From Antedon mediterranea (lineage: Eukaryota; Animalia; Echinodermata): DNA of 64,000 nucleotides. Below are positions 34,250-47,506 of this stretch, in pieces. The notes under the pieces were generated by a model. That model ran no database searches and was not told the DNA's origin. It worked only from the letters and a program-made list of their open reading frames with translations. Numbering within the stretch: the first letter of the stretch is position 1; the number at the start of each line of letters is the position of its first letter. The position numbers were made by a program, and so were the translations under genes. The stretch is from NCBI RefSeq assembly GCF_964355755.1, contig NC_092680.1, positions 11,594,001 through 11,658,000 on the forward strand, given 5' to 3'.

Positions 34250-37200
34250 CGAAAATCACAAAATGGTCTAAAACGTCTCCAAATGCGAATTGAAGCTCTT
34301 CTGTACACTTTGATGTTTTGTGTGAAAAAGTTTTGTCGAAATGCTCAAAATGGTCTAAAACATTTTCAAATACGATATTAAGCTGTTTTGTGCACTTTGA
34401 TGATTTGTGTGAAAAGTTTTAACGAAATCCTCAAAATGGTCTAAAACGGTTTCTAATGTGATTTTAAGCACTTTGATGTTTTTGTGTAACCAAGTTTTAT
34501 CGAAAATCACAAAATAGTCTAAAACGTCTCCAAATGCGATTTGAAGCTTTTCTAAGCACTTTGGTGTTTTTATGTTAACAAGTGTTTTCGAAAATCACAA
34601 AATGGTCTAAAACGTCTCCAAATGCGATTTGAGGATATTCTGAGCACTTTGGTGTTTTTTTGTTAAAAAGTTTTTTCGAAAATCACAAAATGGTCTAAAA
34701 CGTCTCCAAATGCGATTTGAAGCTATTCTGTACACTTTGATGTTTTGTGTGAAAAAGTTTTGTCGAAATGCTCAAAATGGTCTAAAACATTTTTAAATAC
34801 GATATTAAGCTATTTTGTGATCTTTGATGTTTTTGTGTGAAAAGTTTTATCGAAATGCTCAAAATGGTCTAAAACGGTTTCTATTGTGATTTTAAGCACT
34901 TTGATGATTTTGTGTAACCAAGTTTCATCGAAATGTACAAAATGGTCTAAAACGTCTCCAAATGCGATTTGAAGCTATTCTAAGTACTTTTGTGTTTTTA
35001 TGTTAACAAGTTTTTTCGAAAATCACAAAATGGTCTAAAACGTCTTCAAATGCGATTTGAAGCTATTCTGTACACTTTGATGTTTTGTGTGAAAAAGTTT
35101 TGTCAAAATGCTCAAAATGGTCTAAAACGTTTTTAAAACGATATTAAGCTATTTTGTGCTCTTTGATGTTTTTGTGTAACCAAGTTTCATCGAAAATCAC
35201 AACATGGTCTAAAACGTCTCCAAATGCGATTTGAAGCTTTTCTAAGCACTTTGGTGTTTTTATGTTAACAAGTTTTTTCGAAAATCACAAAATGGTCTAA
35301 AACGTCTCCAAATGCGATTTGAAGCTCTTCTGTACACTTTGATGTTTTGTTTGAAAAAGTTTTGTCGAAATTCTCAAAATGGTCTAAAACGTTTTTAAAT
35401 TCGATATTAAGCTGTTTTGTGCACTTTGATGATTTGTGTGAAAAGTTTTAACGAAATGCTCAAAATGGTCAAAAACGGTTTCTAATGTGATTTTAAGCAC
35501 TTTGATGTTTTTGTGTAACCAAGTTTTTTCGAAAATCACAAAATGGTCTAAAACGTCTCCAAATGCGATTTGAGGATATTCTGAGCACTTTGGTGTTTTT
35601 ATGTTAAAAAGTTTTTTCGAAAATCACAAAATGGTCTAAAACGTCTCAAAATGCGATTTGAAGCTAATCTGTACACTTTGATGTTTTGTGTGAAAAAGTT
35701 TTGTCGAAATGCTCAAAATGGTCTAAAACGTTTTTAAAACGATATTAAGCTATTTTGTGCTCTTTGATGTTTTTGTGTAACCAAGTTTCATCGAAATCAA
35801 CAAAATGGTCTAATACGTCTCCAAATGCGATTTGAAGCTTTTCCAAGCACTTTGCTGTTTTTATGTTAACAAGTTTTTTCGAAAATCACAAAATGGTCTA
35901 AAACGTCTTCAAATGCGATTTGAAGCTATTCTGTAGACTTTGATGTTTTGTGTGAAAAAGTTTTGTCGAAATGCTCAAAATGGTCTAAAACGTTTTTAAA
36001 TACGATATTAAGCTATTTTGTGATCTTTGATGTTTTTGTGTGAAAAGTTTTATCAAAATGCTCAAAATGGTCTGAAACGGTTTCTAATGCGATTTGAAGC
36101 TATTCTGTACACTTTGAAGTTTTGTGTGAAAAAGTTTTCTCGAAATGCTCAAAATGGTCTAAAACGTTTTTATATACCATATTAAGCTATTTTGTGCACT
36201 TTGATGTTTTTTGTGAAAAGTTTTATCGAAATGCTCAAAATGGTCTAAAACGGTTTCTATTGGGATTTTAAGCACTTTGATGATTTTGTGTAACCAAGTT
36301 TCATCGAAATGTACAAAATGGTCTAAAACGTCTCCAAATGCGATTTGAAGCTATTCTAAGTACTTTTGTGTTTTTATGTTAACAAGTTTTTTCGAAAATC
36401 ACAAAATGGTCTAAAACGTCTTTCAAATGCGATTTGAAGCTATTCTGTACACTTTTATGTTTTGTGTGAAAAAGTTTTGTCGAAATTCTCAAAATGGTCT
36501 AAAACGTTTTTAAATACGATATTAAGCTGTTTTGTGCACTTTGATGATTTGTGTGAAAAGTTTTAACGAAATGCTCAAAATGGTCAAAAACGGTTTCTAA
36601 TGTGATTTTAAGCACTTTGATGTTTTTGTGTAACCAAGTTTTTTCAAAAATCACAAAATGGTCTAAAACGTCTCCAAATGCGATTTGAAGCTTTTCTAAG
36701 CACTTTGGTGTTTTTATGTTAACAAGTTTTTTCGAAAATCACAAAATGGTCTAAAACGTCTCCAAATGCGATTTGAAGATATTCTGAGCACTTTGGTGTT
36801 TTTATGTTAAACAGTTTTTTCGAAAATCACAAAATAGTCTAAAACGTCTCCAAATGCGATTTGAAGCTATTCTGTACACTTTGATGTTTTGTGTGAAAAA
36901 GTTTTGTCGAAATGCTCAAAATGGTCTAAAACGTTTTTAAAACGATATTAAGCTATTTTGTGCTCTTTGATGTTTTTTTGTAACCAAGTTTCATCGAAAA
37001 TCACAAAATGGTCTAAAACGTCTCAAAATGCGATTTGAAGCTTTTCTAAGCAATTTGGTGTTTTTATGTTAACAAGTTTTTTCGAAAATCACGAAATGGT
37101 CTAAAATGTCTCCAAATGCGATTTGAAGATATTCTGAGCACTTTGGTGTTTTTATGTTAAAAAGTTTTTTCGAAAATCACAAAATGGTCTAAAACGTCTC

Positions 37201-40110
37201 CAAATGCGATTTGAAGCTCTTCTGTACACTTTGATGTTTTGTGTGAAAAAGTTTTGTCGAAATGCTCAAAATGGTCTAAAACGTTTTCAAATACGATATT
37301 AAGCTGTTTTGTGCACTTTGATGATTTGTGTGAAAAGTTTTAACGAAATGCTCAAAATGGTCTAAAACGGTTTCTAATGTGATTTTAAGCACTTTGGTGT
37401 TTTTATGTTAACAAGTTTTTTCGAAAATCACAAAATGGTCTAAAACGTCTCCAAATGCGATTTGAGGATATTCTGAGCACTTTGGTGTTTTTTTGTTAAA
37501 AAGTTTTTTCGAAAATCACAAAATGGTCTAAAACGTCTCCAAATGCGATTTGAAGCTATTCTGTACACTTTGATGTTTTGTGTGAAAAAGTTTTGTCGAA
37601 ATGCTCAAAATGGTCTAAAACATTTTTAAATACGATATTAAGCTATTTTGTGATCTTTGATGTTTTTGTGTGAAAAGTTTTATCGAAATGCTCAAAATGG
37701 TCTAAAACGGTTTCTATTGTGATTTTAAGCACTTTGATGATTTTGTGTAACCAAGTTTCATCGAAATGTACAAAATGGTCTAAAACGTCTCCAAATGCGA
37801 TTTGAAGCTATTCTAAGTACTTTTGTGTTTTTATGTTAACAAGTTTTTTCGAAAATCACAAAATGGTCTAAAACGTCTTCAAATGCGATTTGAAGCTATT
37901 CTGTACACTTTGATGTTTTGTGTGAAAAAGTTTTGTCAAAATGCTCAAAATGGTCTAAAACGTTTTTAAAACGATAATAAGCTATTTTGTGCTCTTTGAT
38001 GTTTTTGTGTAACCAAGTTTCATCGAAAATCACAACATGGTCTAAAACGTCTCCAAATGCGATTTGAAGCTTTTCTAAGCACTTTGGTGTTTTTATGTTA
38101 ACAAGTTTTTTCGAAAATCACAAAATGGTCTAAAACGTCTCCAAATGCGATTTGAAGCTCTTCTGTACACTTTGATGTTTTGTTTGAAAAAGTTTTGTCG
38201 AAATTTTCAAAATGGTCTAAAACGTTTTTAAATACGATATTAAGCTGTTTTGTGCACTTTGATGATTTGTGTGAAAAGTTTTAACGAAATGCTCAAAATG
38301 GTCTAAAACGGTTTCTAATGTGATTTTAAGCACTTTGATGTTTTTGTGTAACCAAGTTTTTTCGAAAATCACAAAATAGTCTAAAACGTCTCCAAATGCG
38401 ATTTGAAGCTTTTCTAAGCACTTTGGTGTTTTTATGTTAACAAGTTTTTTCGAAAATCACAAAATGGTCCAAAACGTCTCCAAATGCGATTTGAGGATAT
38501 TCTGAGCACTTTGGTGTTTTTTTGTTAAAAAGTTTTTTCGAAAATCACAAAATGGTCTAAAACGTCTCCAAATGCGATTTGAAGCTATTCTGTACACTTT
38601 GATGTTTTGTGTGAAAAAGTTTTGTCGAAATGCTCAAAATGGTCTAAAACGTTTTTAAATACGATATTAAGCTATTTTGTGATCTTTGATGTTTTTGTGT
38701 GAAAAGTTTTATCGAAATGCTCAAAATGGTCTAAAACGTTTTTAAAACGATATTAAGCTATTTTGTGCTCTTTGATGTTTTTGTGTAACCAAGTTTCATC
38801 GAAAATCACAAAATGGTCTAAAACGTCGCCAAATGCGATTTGAAGCTTTTCTAAGCACTTTGGTGTTTTTATGTTAACAAGTTTTTTCGAAAATCACGAA
38901 ATGGTCTAAAATATCTCCAAATGCGATTTGAAGATATTCTGAGCACTTTGGTGTTTTTATGTTAAAAAGTTTTTTCGAAAATCACAAAATGGTCTAAAAC
39001 GTCTCCAAACGCGATTTGAAGCTCTTCTGTACACTTTGATGTTTTGTGTGAAAAAGTTTTGTCGAAATTCTCAAAATGGTCTAAAACGTTTTTAAATACG
39101 ATATTAAGCTGTTTTGTGCACTTTGATGATTTGTGTGAAAAGTTTTAACGAAATGCTCAAAATGGTCAAAAACGGTTTCTAATGTGATTTTAAGCACTTT
39201 GATGTTTTTGTGTAACCAAGTTTTTTCAAAAATCACAAAATGGTCTAAAACGTCTCCAAATGCGATTTGAAGCTTTTCTAAGCACTTTGGTGTTTTTATG
39301 TTAACAAGTTTTTTCGAAAATCACAAAATGGTCTAAAACGTCTCCAAATGCGATTTGAAGATATTCTGAGCACTTTGGTGTTTTTATGTTAAAAAGTTTT
39401 TTCGAAAATCACAAAATAGTCTAAAACGTCTCCAAATGCGATTTGAAGCTATTCTGTACACTTTGATGTTTTGTGTGAAAAAGTTTTGTCGAAATGCTCA
39501 AAATGGTCTAAAACGTTTTTAAAACGATATTATTAAGCTATTTTGTGCTCTTTGATGTTTTTGTGTAACCAAGTTTCATCGAAAATCACAAAATGGTCTA
39601 AAACGTCTCAAAATGCGATTTGAAGCTTTTCTAAGCACTTTGGTGTTTTTATCTTAACAAGTTTTTTCGAAAATCACGAAATGGTCTAAAATGTCTCCAA
39701 ATGCGATTTGAAGATATTCTGAGCACTTTGGTGTTTTTATGTTAAAAAGTTTTTTCGAAAATCACAAAATGGTCTAAAACGTCTCCAAATGCGATTTGAA
39801 GCTCTTCTGTACACTTTGATGTTTTGTGTGAAAAAGTTTTGTCGAAATGCTCAAAATGGTCTAAAACGTTTTTAAATACGATATTAAGCTGTTTTGTGCA
39901 CTTTGATGATTTGTGTGAAAAGTTTTAACGAAATGCTCAAAATGGTCTAAAACGGTTTCTAATGTGATTTTAAGCACTTTGATGTTTTTGTGTAACCAAG
40001 TTTTTTCGAAAATCACAAAATAGTCTAAAACGTCTCCAAATGCGATTTGAAGCTTTTCTAAGCACTTTGGTGTTTTTATGTTAACAAGTTTTTTCGAAAA
40101 TCACAAAATG
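34250..40110 (+). repeat. Block paralogous to about 55640-64000 (offsets 21394, then 22947, then 23888)
   Basis: AAATCCTC 34429/55823 and AAGCTAATCT 35661/57055 at +21394. TGTAGAC 35936/58883 and the S1/B fusion 37387/60334 at +22947. GTCGCC 38825/62713 at +23888. Confidence 0.88.
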
Positions 40111-43100
40111 GTCTAAAACGTCTCCAAATGCGATTTGAGGATATTCTGAGCACTTTGGTGTTTTTTTGTTAAAAAGTTTTTTCGAAAATCACAAAATGGT
40201 CTAAAACGTCTCCAAATGCGATTTGAAGCTATTCTGTACACTTTGATGTTTTGTGTGAAAAAGTTTTGTCGAAATGCTCAAAATGGTCTAAAACGTTTTT
40301 AAATACGATATTAAGCTATTTTGTGATCTTTGATGTTTTTGTGTGAAAAGTTTTATCGAAATGCTCAAAATGGTCTAAAACGGTTTCTATTGTGATTTTG
40401 AGCACTTTGATGATTTTGTGTAACCAAGTTTCATCGAAATGTACAAAATGGTCTAAAACGTCTCCAAATGCGATTTGAAGCTATTCTAAGTACTTTTGTG
40501 TTTTTATGTTAACAAGTTTTTTCGAAAATCACAAAATGGTCTAAAACGTCTCAAAATGCGATTTGAAGCTATTCTGTACACTTTGATGTTTTGTGTGAAA
40601 AAGTTTTGTCGAAATGCTCAAAATGGTCTAAAACGTTTTTAAAACGATATTAAGCTATTTTGTGCTCTTTGATGTTTTTGTGTAACCAAGTTTCATCGAA
40701 ATCAACAAAATGGTCTAATACGTCTCCAAATGCGATTTGAAGCTTTTCCAAGCTTTTTGCTGTTTTTATGTTAAGTTTTTTCGAAAATCACAAAATGGTC
40801 TAAAACGTCTTCAAATGCGATTTGAAGCTATTCTGTACACTTTGATGTTTTGTGTGAAAAAGTTTTGTCGAAATGCTCAAAATGGTCTAAAACGTTTTTA
40901 AATACGATATTAAGCTATTTTGTGATCTTTGATGTTTTTGTGTGAAAAGTTTTATCAAAATGCTCAAAATGGTCTGAAACGGTTTCTAATGCGATTTGAA
41001 GCTATTCTGTACACTTTGAAGTTTTGTGTGAAAAAGTTTTCTCGAAATGCTCAAAATGGTCTAAAACGTTTTTATATACCATATTAAGCTATTTTGTGCA
41101 CTTTGATGTTTTTTTTGAAAAGTTTTATCGAAATGCTCAAAATGGTCTAAAACGGTTTCTATTGGGATTTTAAGCACTTTGATGATTTTGTGTAACCAAG
41201 TTTCATCGAAAATCACAAAATGGTCTAAAACGTCTCCAAATGCGATTTGAAGCTTTTCTAAGCACTTTTGTGTTTTTATGTTAACAAGTTTTTTCGAAAA
41301 TCACAAAATGGTCTAAAACGTCTTCAAATGCGATTTGAAGCTATTCTGTACACTTTTATGTTTTGTGTGAAAAAGTTTTGTCGAAATTCTCAAAATGGTC
41401 TAAAACGTTTTTAAATACGATATTAAGCTGTTTTGTGCACTTTGATGATTTGTGTGAAAAGTTTTAACGAAATGCTCAAAATGGTCTAAAACGGTTTCTA
41501 ATGTGATTTTAAGCACTTTGATGTTTTTGTGTAACCAAGTTTTTTCGAAAATCACAAAATAGTCTAAAACGTCTCCAAATGCGATTTGAAGCTTTTCTAA
41601 GCACTTTGGTGTTTTTATGTTAACAAGTTTTTTCGAAAATCACAAAATGGTCTAAAACGTCTCCAAATGCGATTTGAGGATATTCTGAGCAGTTTGGTGT
41701 TTTTTTGTTAAAAAGTTTTTTCGAAAATAACAAAATGGTTATAAAACGTCTCCAAATGCGATTTGAAGCTATTCTGTACACTTTGATGTTTTGTGTGAAA
41801 AAGTTTTGTCGAAATGCTCAAAATGGTCTAAAACGTTTTTAAATACGATATTAAGCTATTTTGTGATCTTTGATGTTTTTGTGTGAAAAGTTTTATCGAA
41901 ATGCTCAAAATGGTCTAAAACGGTTTCTATTGTGATTTTAAGCACTTTGATGATTTTGTGTAACCAAGTTTCATCGAAATGTACAAAATGGTCTAAAACG
42001 TCTCCAAATGCGATTTGAAGCTATTCTAAGTACTTTTGTGTTTTTATGTTAACAAGTTTTTTTCGAAAATCACAAAATGGTCTAAAACGTCTTCAAATGC
42101 GATTTGAAGCTATTCTGTACACTTTGATGTTTTGTGTGAAAAAGTTTTGTCAAAATGCTCAAAATGGTCTAAAACGTTTTTAAAACGATATTAAGCTATT
42201 TTGTGCTCTTTGATGTTTTTGTGTAACCAAGTTTCAACGAAAATCACAAAATGGTCTAAAACGTCTCCAAATGCGATTTGAAGCTTTTCTAAGCACTTTG
42301 GTGTTTTTATGTTAACAAGTTTTTTCGAAAATCACAAAATGGTCTAAAACGTCTCCAAATGCGATTTGAAGCTCTTCTGTACACTTTGATGTTTTGTGTG
42401 AAAAAGTTTTGTCGAAATTCTCAAAATGGTCTAAAAGGTTTTTAAATACGATATTAAGCTGTTTTGTGCACTTTGATGATTTGTGTGAAAAGTTTTAACG
42501 AAATGCTCAAAATGGTCTAAAACGGTTTCTAATGTGATTTTAAGCACTTTGATGTTTTTGTGTAACCAAGTTTTTTCGAAAATCACAAAATGGTCTAATA
42601 CGTCTCCAAATGCGATTTGAAGCTTTTCCAAGCACTTTGCTGTTTTTATGTTAAGTTTTTTCGAAAATCACAAAATGGTCTAAAACGTCTTCAAATGCGA
42701 TTTGAAGCTATTCTGTACACTTTGATGTTTTGTGTGAAAAAGTTTTGTCGAAATGCTCAAAATGGTCTAAAACGTTTTTAAATACGATATTAAGCTATTT
42801 TGTGATCTTTGATGTTTTTGTGTGAAAAGTTTTATCAAAATGCTCAAAATGGTCTGAAACGGTTTCTAATGCGATTTGAAGCTATTCTGTACACTTTGAA
42901 GTTTTGTGTGAAAAAGTTTTCTCGAAATGCTCAAAATGGTCTAAAACGTTTTTATATACCATATTAAGCTATTTTGTGCACTTTGATGTTTTTTTTGAAA
43001 AGTTTTATCGAAATGCTCAAAATGGTCTAAAACGGTTTCTATTGGGATTTTAAGCACTTTGATGATTTTGTGTAACCAAGTTTCATCGAAATGTACAAAA

Positions 43101-46100
43101 TGGTCTAAAACGTCTCCAAATGCGATTTGAAGCTATTCTAAGTACTTTTGTGTTTTTATGTTAACAAGTTTTTTCGAAAATCACAAAATGGTCTAAAACG
43201 TCTTCAAATGCGATTTGAAGCTATTCTGTACACTTTGATGTTTTGTGTGAAAAAGTTTTGTCGAAATGCTCAAAATGGTCAAAAACGGTTTCTAATGTGA
43301 TTTTAAGCACTTTGATGTTTTTGTGTAACCAAGTTTTTTAAAAAATCACAAAATGGTTTAAAACGTCTCCAAATGCGATTTGAAGCTTTTCTAAGCACTT
43401 TGGTGTTTTTATGTTAACAAGTTTTTTCGAAAATCACAAAATGGTCTAAAACGTCTCCAAATGCGATTTGAAGATATTCTGAGCACTTTGGTGTTTTTAT
43501 GTTAAAAAGTTTTTTCGAAAATCACAAAATAGTCTAAAACGTCTCAAAATGCGATTTGAAGCTATTCTGTACACTTTGATGTTTTGTGTGAAAAAGTTTT
43601 GTCGAAATGCTCAAAATGGTCTAAAACGTTTTTAAAACGATATTAAGCTATTTTGTGCTCTTTGATGTTTTTGTGTAACCAAGTTTCATCGAAAATCACA
43701 AAATGGTCTAAAACGTCTCCAAATGCGATTTGAAGCTTTTCTAAGCACTTTGGTGTTTTTATGTTAACAAGTTTTTTCGAAAATCACGAAATGGTCTAAA
43801 ATGTCTCCAAATGCGATTTGAAGATATTCTGAGCACTTTGGTGTTTTTATGTTAAAACGTTTTTTCGAAAATCACAAAATGGTCTAAAACGTTTTTAAAT
43901 ACGATATTAAGCTATTTTGTGATCTTTGATGTTTTTGTGTGAAAAGTTTTATCGAAATGCTCAAAATGGTCTAAAACGGTTTCTAATGCGATTTGAAGCT
44001 ATTCTGTACACTTTGAAGTTTTTTGTGAAAAAGTTTTCTCGAAATGCTCAAAATGGTCTAAAACGTTTTTATATACCATATTAAGCTATTTTGTGCACTT
44101 TGATGTTTTTTGTGAAAAGTTTTATCGAAATTCTCAAAATGGTCTAAAACGGTTTCTATTGTGATTTTAAGCACTTTGATGATTTTGTGTAACCAAGTTT
44201 CATCGAAATGTACAAAATGGTCTAAAACGTCTCCAAATGCGATTTGAAGCTATTCTAAGTACTTTTGTGTTTTTATGTTAACAAGTTTTTTCGAAAATCA
44301 CGAAATGGTCTAAAATGTCTCCAAATGCGATTTGAAGATATTCTGAGCTCTTTGGTGTTTTTATGTTAAAAAGTTTTTTCGAAAATCACAAAATAGTCTA
44401 AAACGTCTCCAAATGCGATTTGAAGCTATTCTGTACACTTTGATGTGTTGTGTGAAAAAGTTTTGTCGAAATGCTCAAAATGGTCTAAAACGTTTTTAAA
44501 ACGATATTAAGCTATTTTGTGCTCTTTGATGTTTTTGTGTAACCAAGTTTCATCGAAAATCACAAAATGGTCTAAAACGTCTCAAAATGCGATTTGAAGC
44601 TTTTCTAAGCACTTTGGTGTTTTTATGTTAACAAGTTTTTTCGAAAATCACGAAATGGTCTAAAATGTCTCCAAATGCGATTTGAAGATATTCTGAGCAC
44701 TTTGGTGTTTTTATGTTAAAAAGTTTTTTCGAAAATCACAAAATGGTCTAAAACGTCTCCAAATGCGATTTGAAGCTCTTCTGTACACTTTGATGTTTTG
44801 TGTGAAAAAGTTTTGTCGAAATGCTCAAAATGGTCTAAAACGTTTTTAAATACGATATTAAGCTGTTTTGTGCACTTTGATGATTTGTGTGAAAAGTTTT
44901 AACGAAATGCTCAAAATGGTCTAAAACGGTTTCTAATGTGATTTTAAGCACTTTGATGTTTTTGTGTAACCAAGTTTTTTCGAAAATCACAAAATAGTCT
45001 AAAACGTCTCCAAATGCGATTTGAAGCTTTTCTAAGCACTTTGGTGTTTTTATGTTAACAAGTTTTTTCGAAAATCACAAAATGGTCTAAAACGTCTCCA
45101 AATGCGATTTGAGGATATTCTGAGCACTTTGGTGTTTTTTTGTTAAAAAGTTTTTTCGAAAATCACAAAATGGTCTAAAACGTCTCCAAATGCGATTTGA
45201 AGCTATTCTGTACACTTTGATGTTTTGTGTGAAAAAGTTTTGTCGAAATGCTCAAAATGGTCTAAAACGTTTTTAAATACGATATTAGGCTATTTTGTGA
45301 TCTTTGATGTTTTTGTGTGAAAAGTTTTATCGAAATGCTCAAAATGGTCTAAAACGGTTTCTATTGTTATTTTAAGCACTTTGATGATTTTGTGTAACCA
45401 AGTTTCATCGAAATGTACAAAATGGTCTAAAACGTCTCCAAATGCGATTTGAAGCTATTCTAAGTACTTTTGTGTTTTTATGTTAACAAGTTTTTTCGAA
45501 AATCACAAAATGGTCTAGAACGTCTTCAAATGCGATTTGAAGCTATTCTGTACACTTTGATGTTTTGTGTGAAAAAGTTTTGTCAAAATGCTCAAAATGG
45601 TCTAAAACGTTTTTAAAACGATATTAAGCTATTTTGTGCTCTTTGATGTTTTTGTGTAACCAAGTTTCATCGAAAATCACAAAATGGTCTAAAACGTCTC
45701 CAAATGCGATTTGAAGCTTTTCTAAGCACTTTGGTGTTTTTATGTTAACAAGTTTTTTTCGAAAATCACAAAATGGTCTAAAACGTCTCCAAATGCGATT
45801 TGAAGCTCTTCTGTACACTTTGATGTTTTGTGTGAAAAAGTTTTGTCGAAATTCTCAAAATGGTCTAAAACGTTTTTAAATACGATATTAAGCTGTTTTG
45901 TGCACTTTGATGATTTGTGTGAAAAGTTTTAACGAAATGCTCAAAATGGTCAAAAACGGTTTTTAATGTGATTTTAAGCACTTTGATGTTTTTGTGTAAC
46001 CAAGTTTTTTCGAAAATCACAAAATGGTCTAAAACGTCTCCAAGTGCGATTTGAAGCTTTTCTAAGCACTTTGGTGTTTTTATGTTAACAAGTTTTTTCG

Positions 46101-47506
46101 AAAATCACAAAATGGTCTAAAACGTCTCCAAATGCGATTTGAAGATATTCTGAGCACTTTGGTGTTTTTATGTTAAAAAGTTTTTTCGAAAATCACAAAA
46201 TGGTCTAAAACGTCTTCAAATGCGATTTGAAGCTATTCTGTACACTTTGATGTTTTGTGTGAAAAAGTTTTGTCGAAATGCTCAAAATGGTCTAAAACGT
46301 TTTTAAATACGATATTAAGCTATTTTGTGATCTTTGATGTTTTTGTGTGAAAAGTTTTATCGAAATGCTCAAAATGGTCTAAAACGTTTTTAAAACGATA
46401 TTAAGCTATTTTGTGCTCTTTGATGTTTTTGTGTAACCAAGTTTCATCGAAAATCACAAAATGGTCTAAAACGTCGCCAAATGCGATTTGAAGCTTTTCT
46501 AAGCACTTTGGTGTTTTTATGTTAACAAGTTTTTTCGAAAATCACGAAATGGTCTAAAATATCTCCAAATGCGATTTGAAGATATTCTGAGCACTTTGGT
46601 GTTTTTATGTTAAAAAGTTTTTTCGAAAATCACAAAATGGTCTAAAACGTCTCCAAACGCGATTTGAAGCTCTTCTGTACACTTTGATGTTTTGTGTGAA
46701 AAAGTTTTGTCGAAATTCTCAAAATGGTCTAAAAGGTTTTTAAATACGATATTAAGCTGTTTTGTGCACTTTGATGATTTGTGTGAAAAGTTTTAACTAA
46801 ATGCTCAAAATGGTCAAAAACGGTTTCTAATGTGATTTTAAGCACTTTGATGTTTTTGTGTAACCAAGTTTTTTCAAAAATCACAAAATGGTCTAAAACG
46901 TCTCCAAATGCGATTTGAAGCTTTTCTAAGCACTTTGGTGTTTTTATGTTAACAAGTTTTTTCGAAAATCACAAAATGGTCTAAAACGTCTCCAAATGCG
47001 ATTTGAAGATATTCTGAGCACTTTGGTGTTTTTATGTTAAAAAGTTTTTTCGAAAATCACAAAATAGTCTAAAACGTCTCCAAATGCGATTTGAAGCTAT
47101 TCTGTACACTTTGATGTTTTGTGTGAAAAAGTTTTGTCGAAATGCTCAAAATGGTCTAAAACGTTTTTAAAACGATATTATTAAGCTATTTTGTGCTCTT
47201 TGATTTTTTTGTGTAACCAAGTTTCATCGAAAATCACAAAATGGTCTAAAACGTCTCAAAATGCGATTTGAAGCTTTTCTAAGCACTTTGGTGTTTTTAT
47301 CTTAACAAGTTTTTTCGAAAATCACGAAATGGTCTAAAATGTCTCCAAATGCGATTTGAAGATATTCTGAGCACTTTGGTGTTTTTATGTTAAAAAGTTT
47401 TTTCGAAAATCACAAAATGGTCTAAAACGTCTCCAAATGCGATTTGAAGCTATTCTGTACACTTTGATGTTTTGTGTGAAAAAGTTTTGTCGAAATTCTC
47501 AAAATG

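Noticed and set aside
23581-45760. Single-base homopolymer length variants (e.g. about 23583, 31385, 31834, 42061, 45753)
   Set aside because: Individually they are indistinguishable from slippage or sequencing error, so I attached no meaning to them beyond offset bookkeeping.
22506-45818. 61-64-aa ORFs at 22506, 23454, 27310, 28258 and 45624
   Set aside because: These are chance frames created by a D-to-G junction or a 1-bp T-run expansion, and were duplicated with the array.
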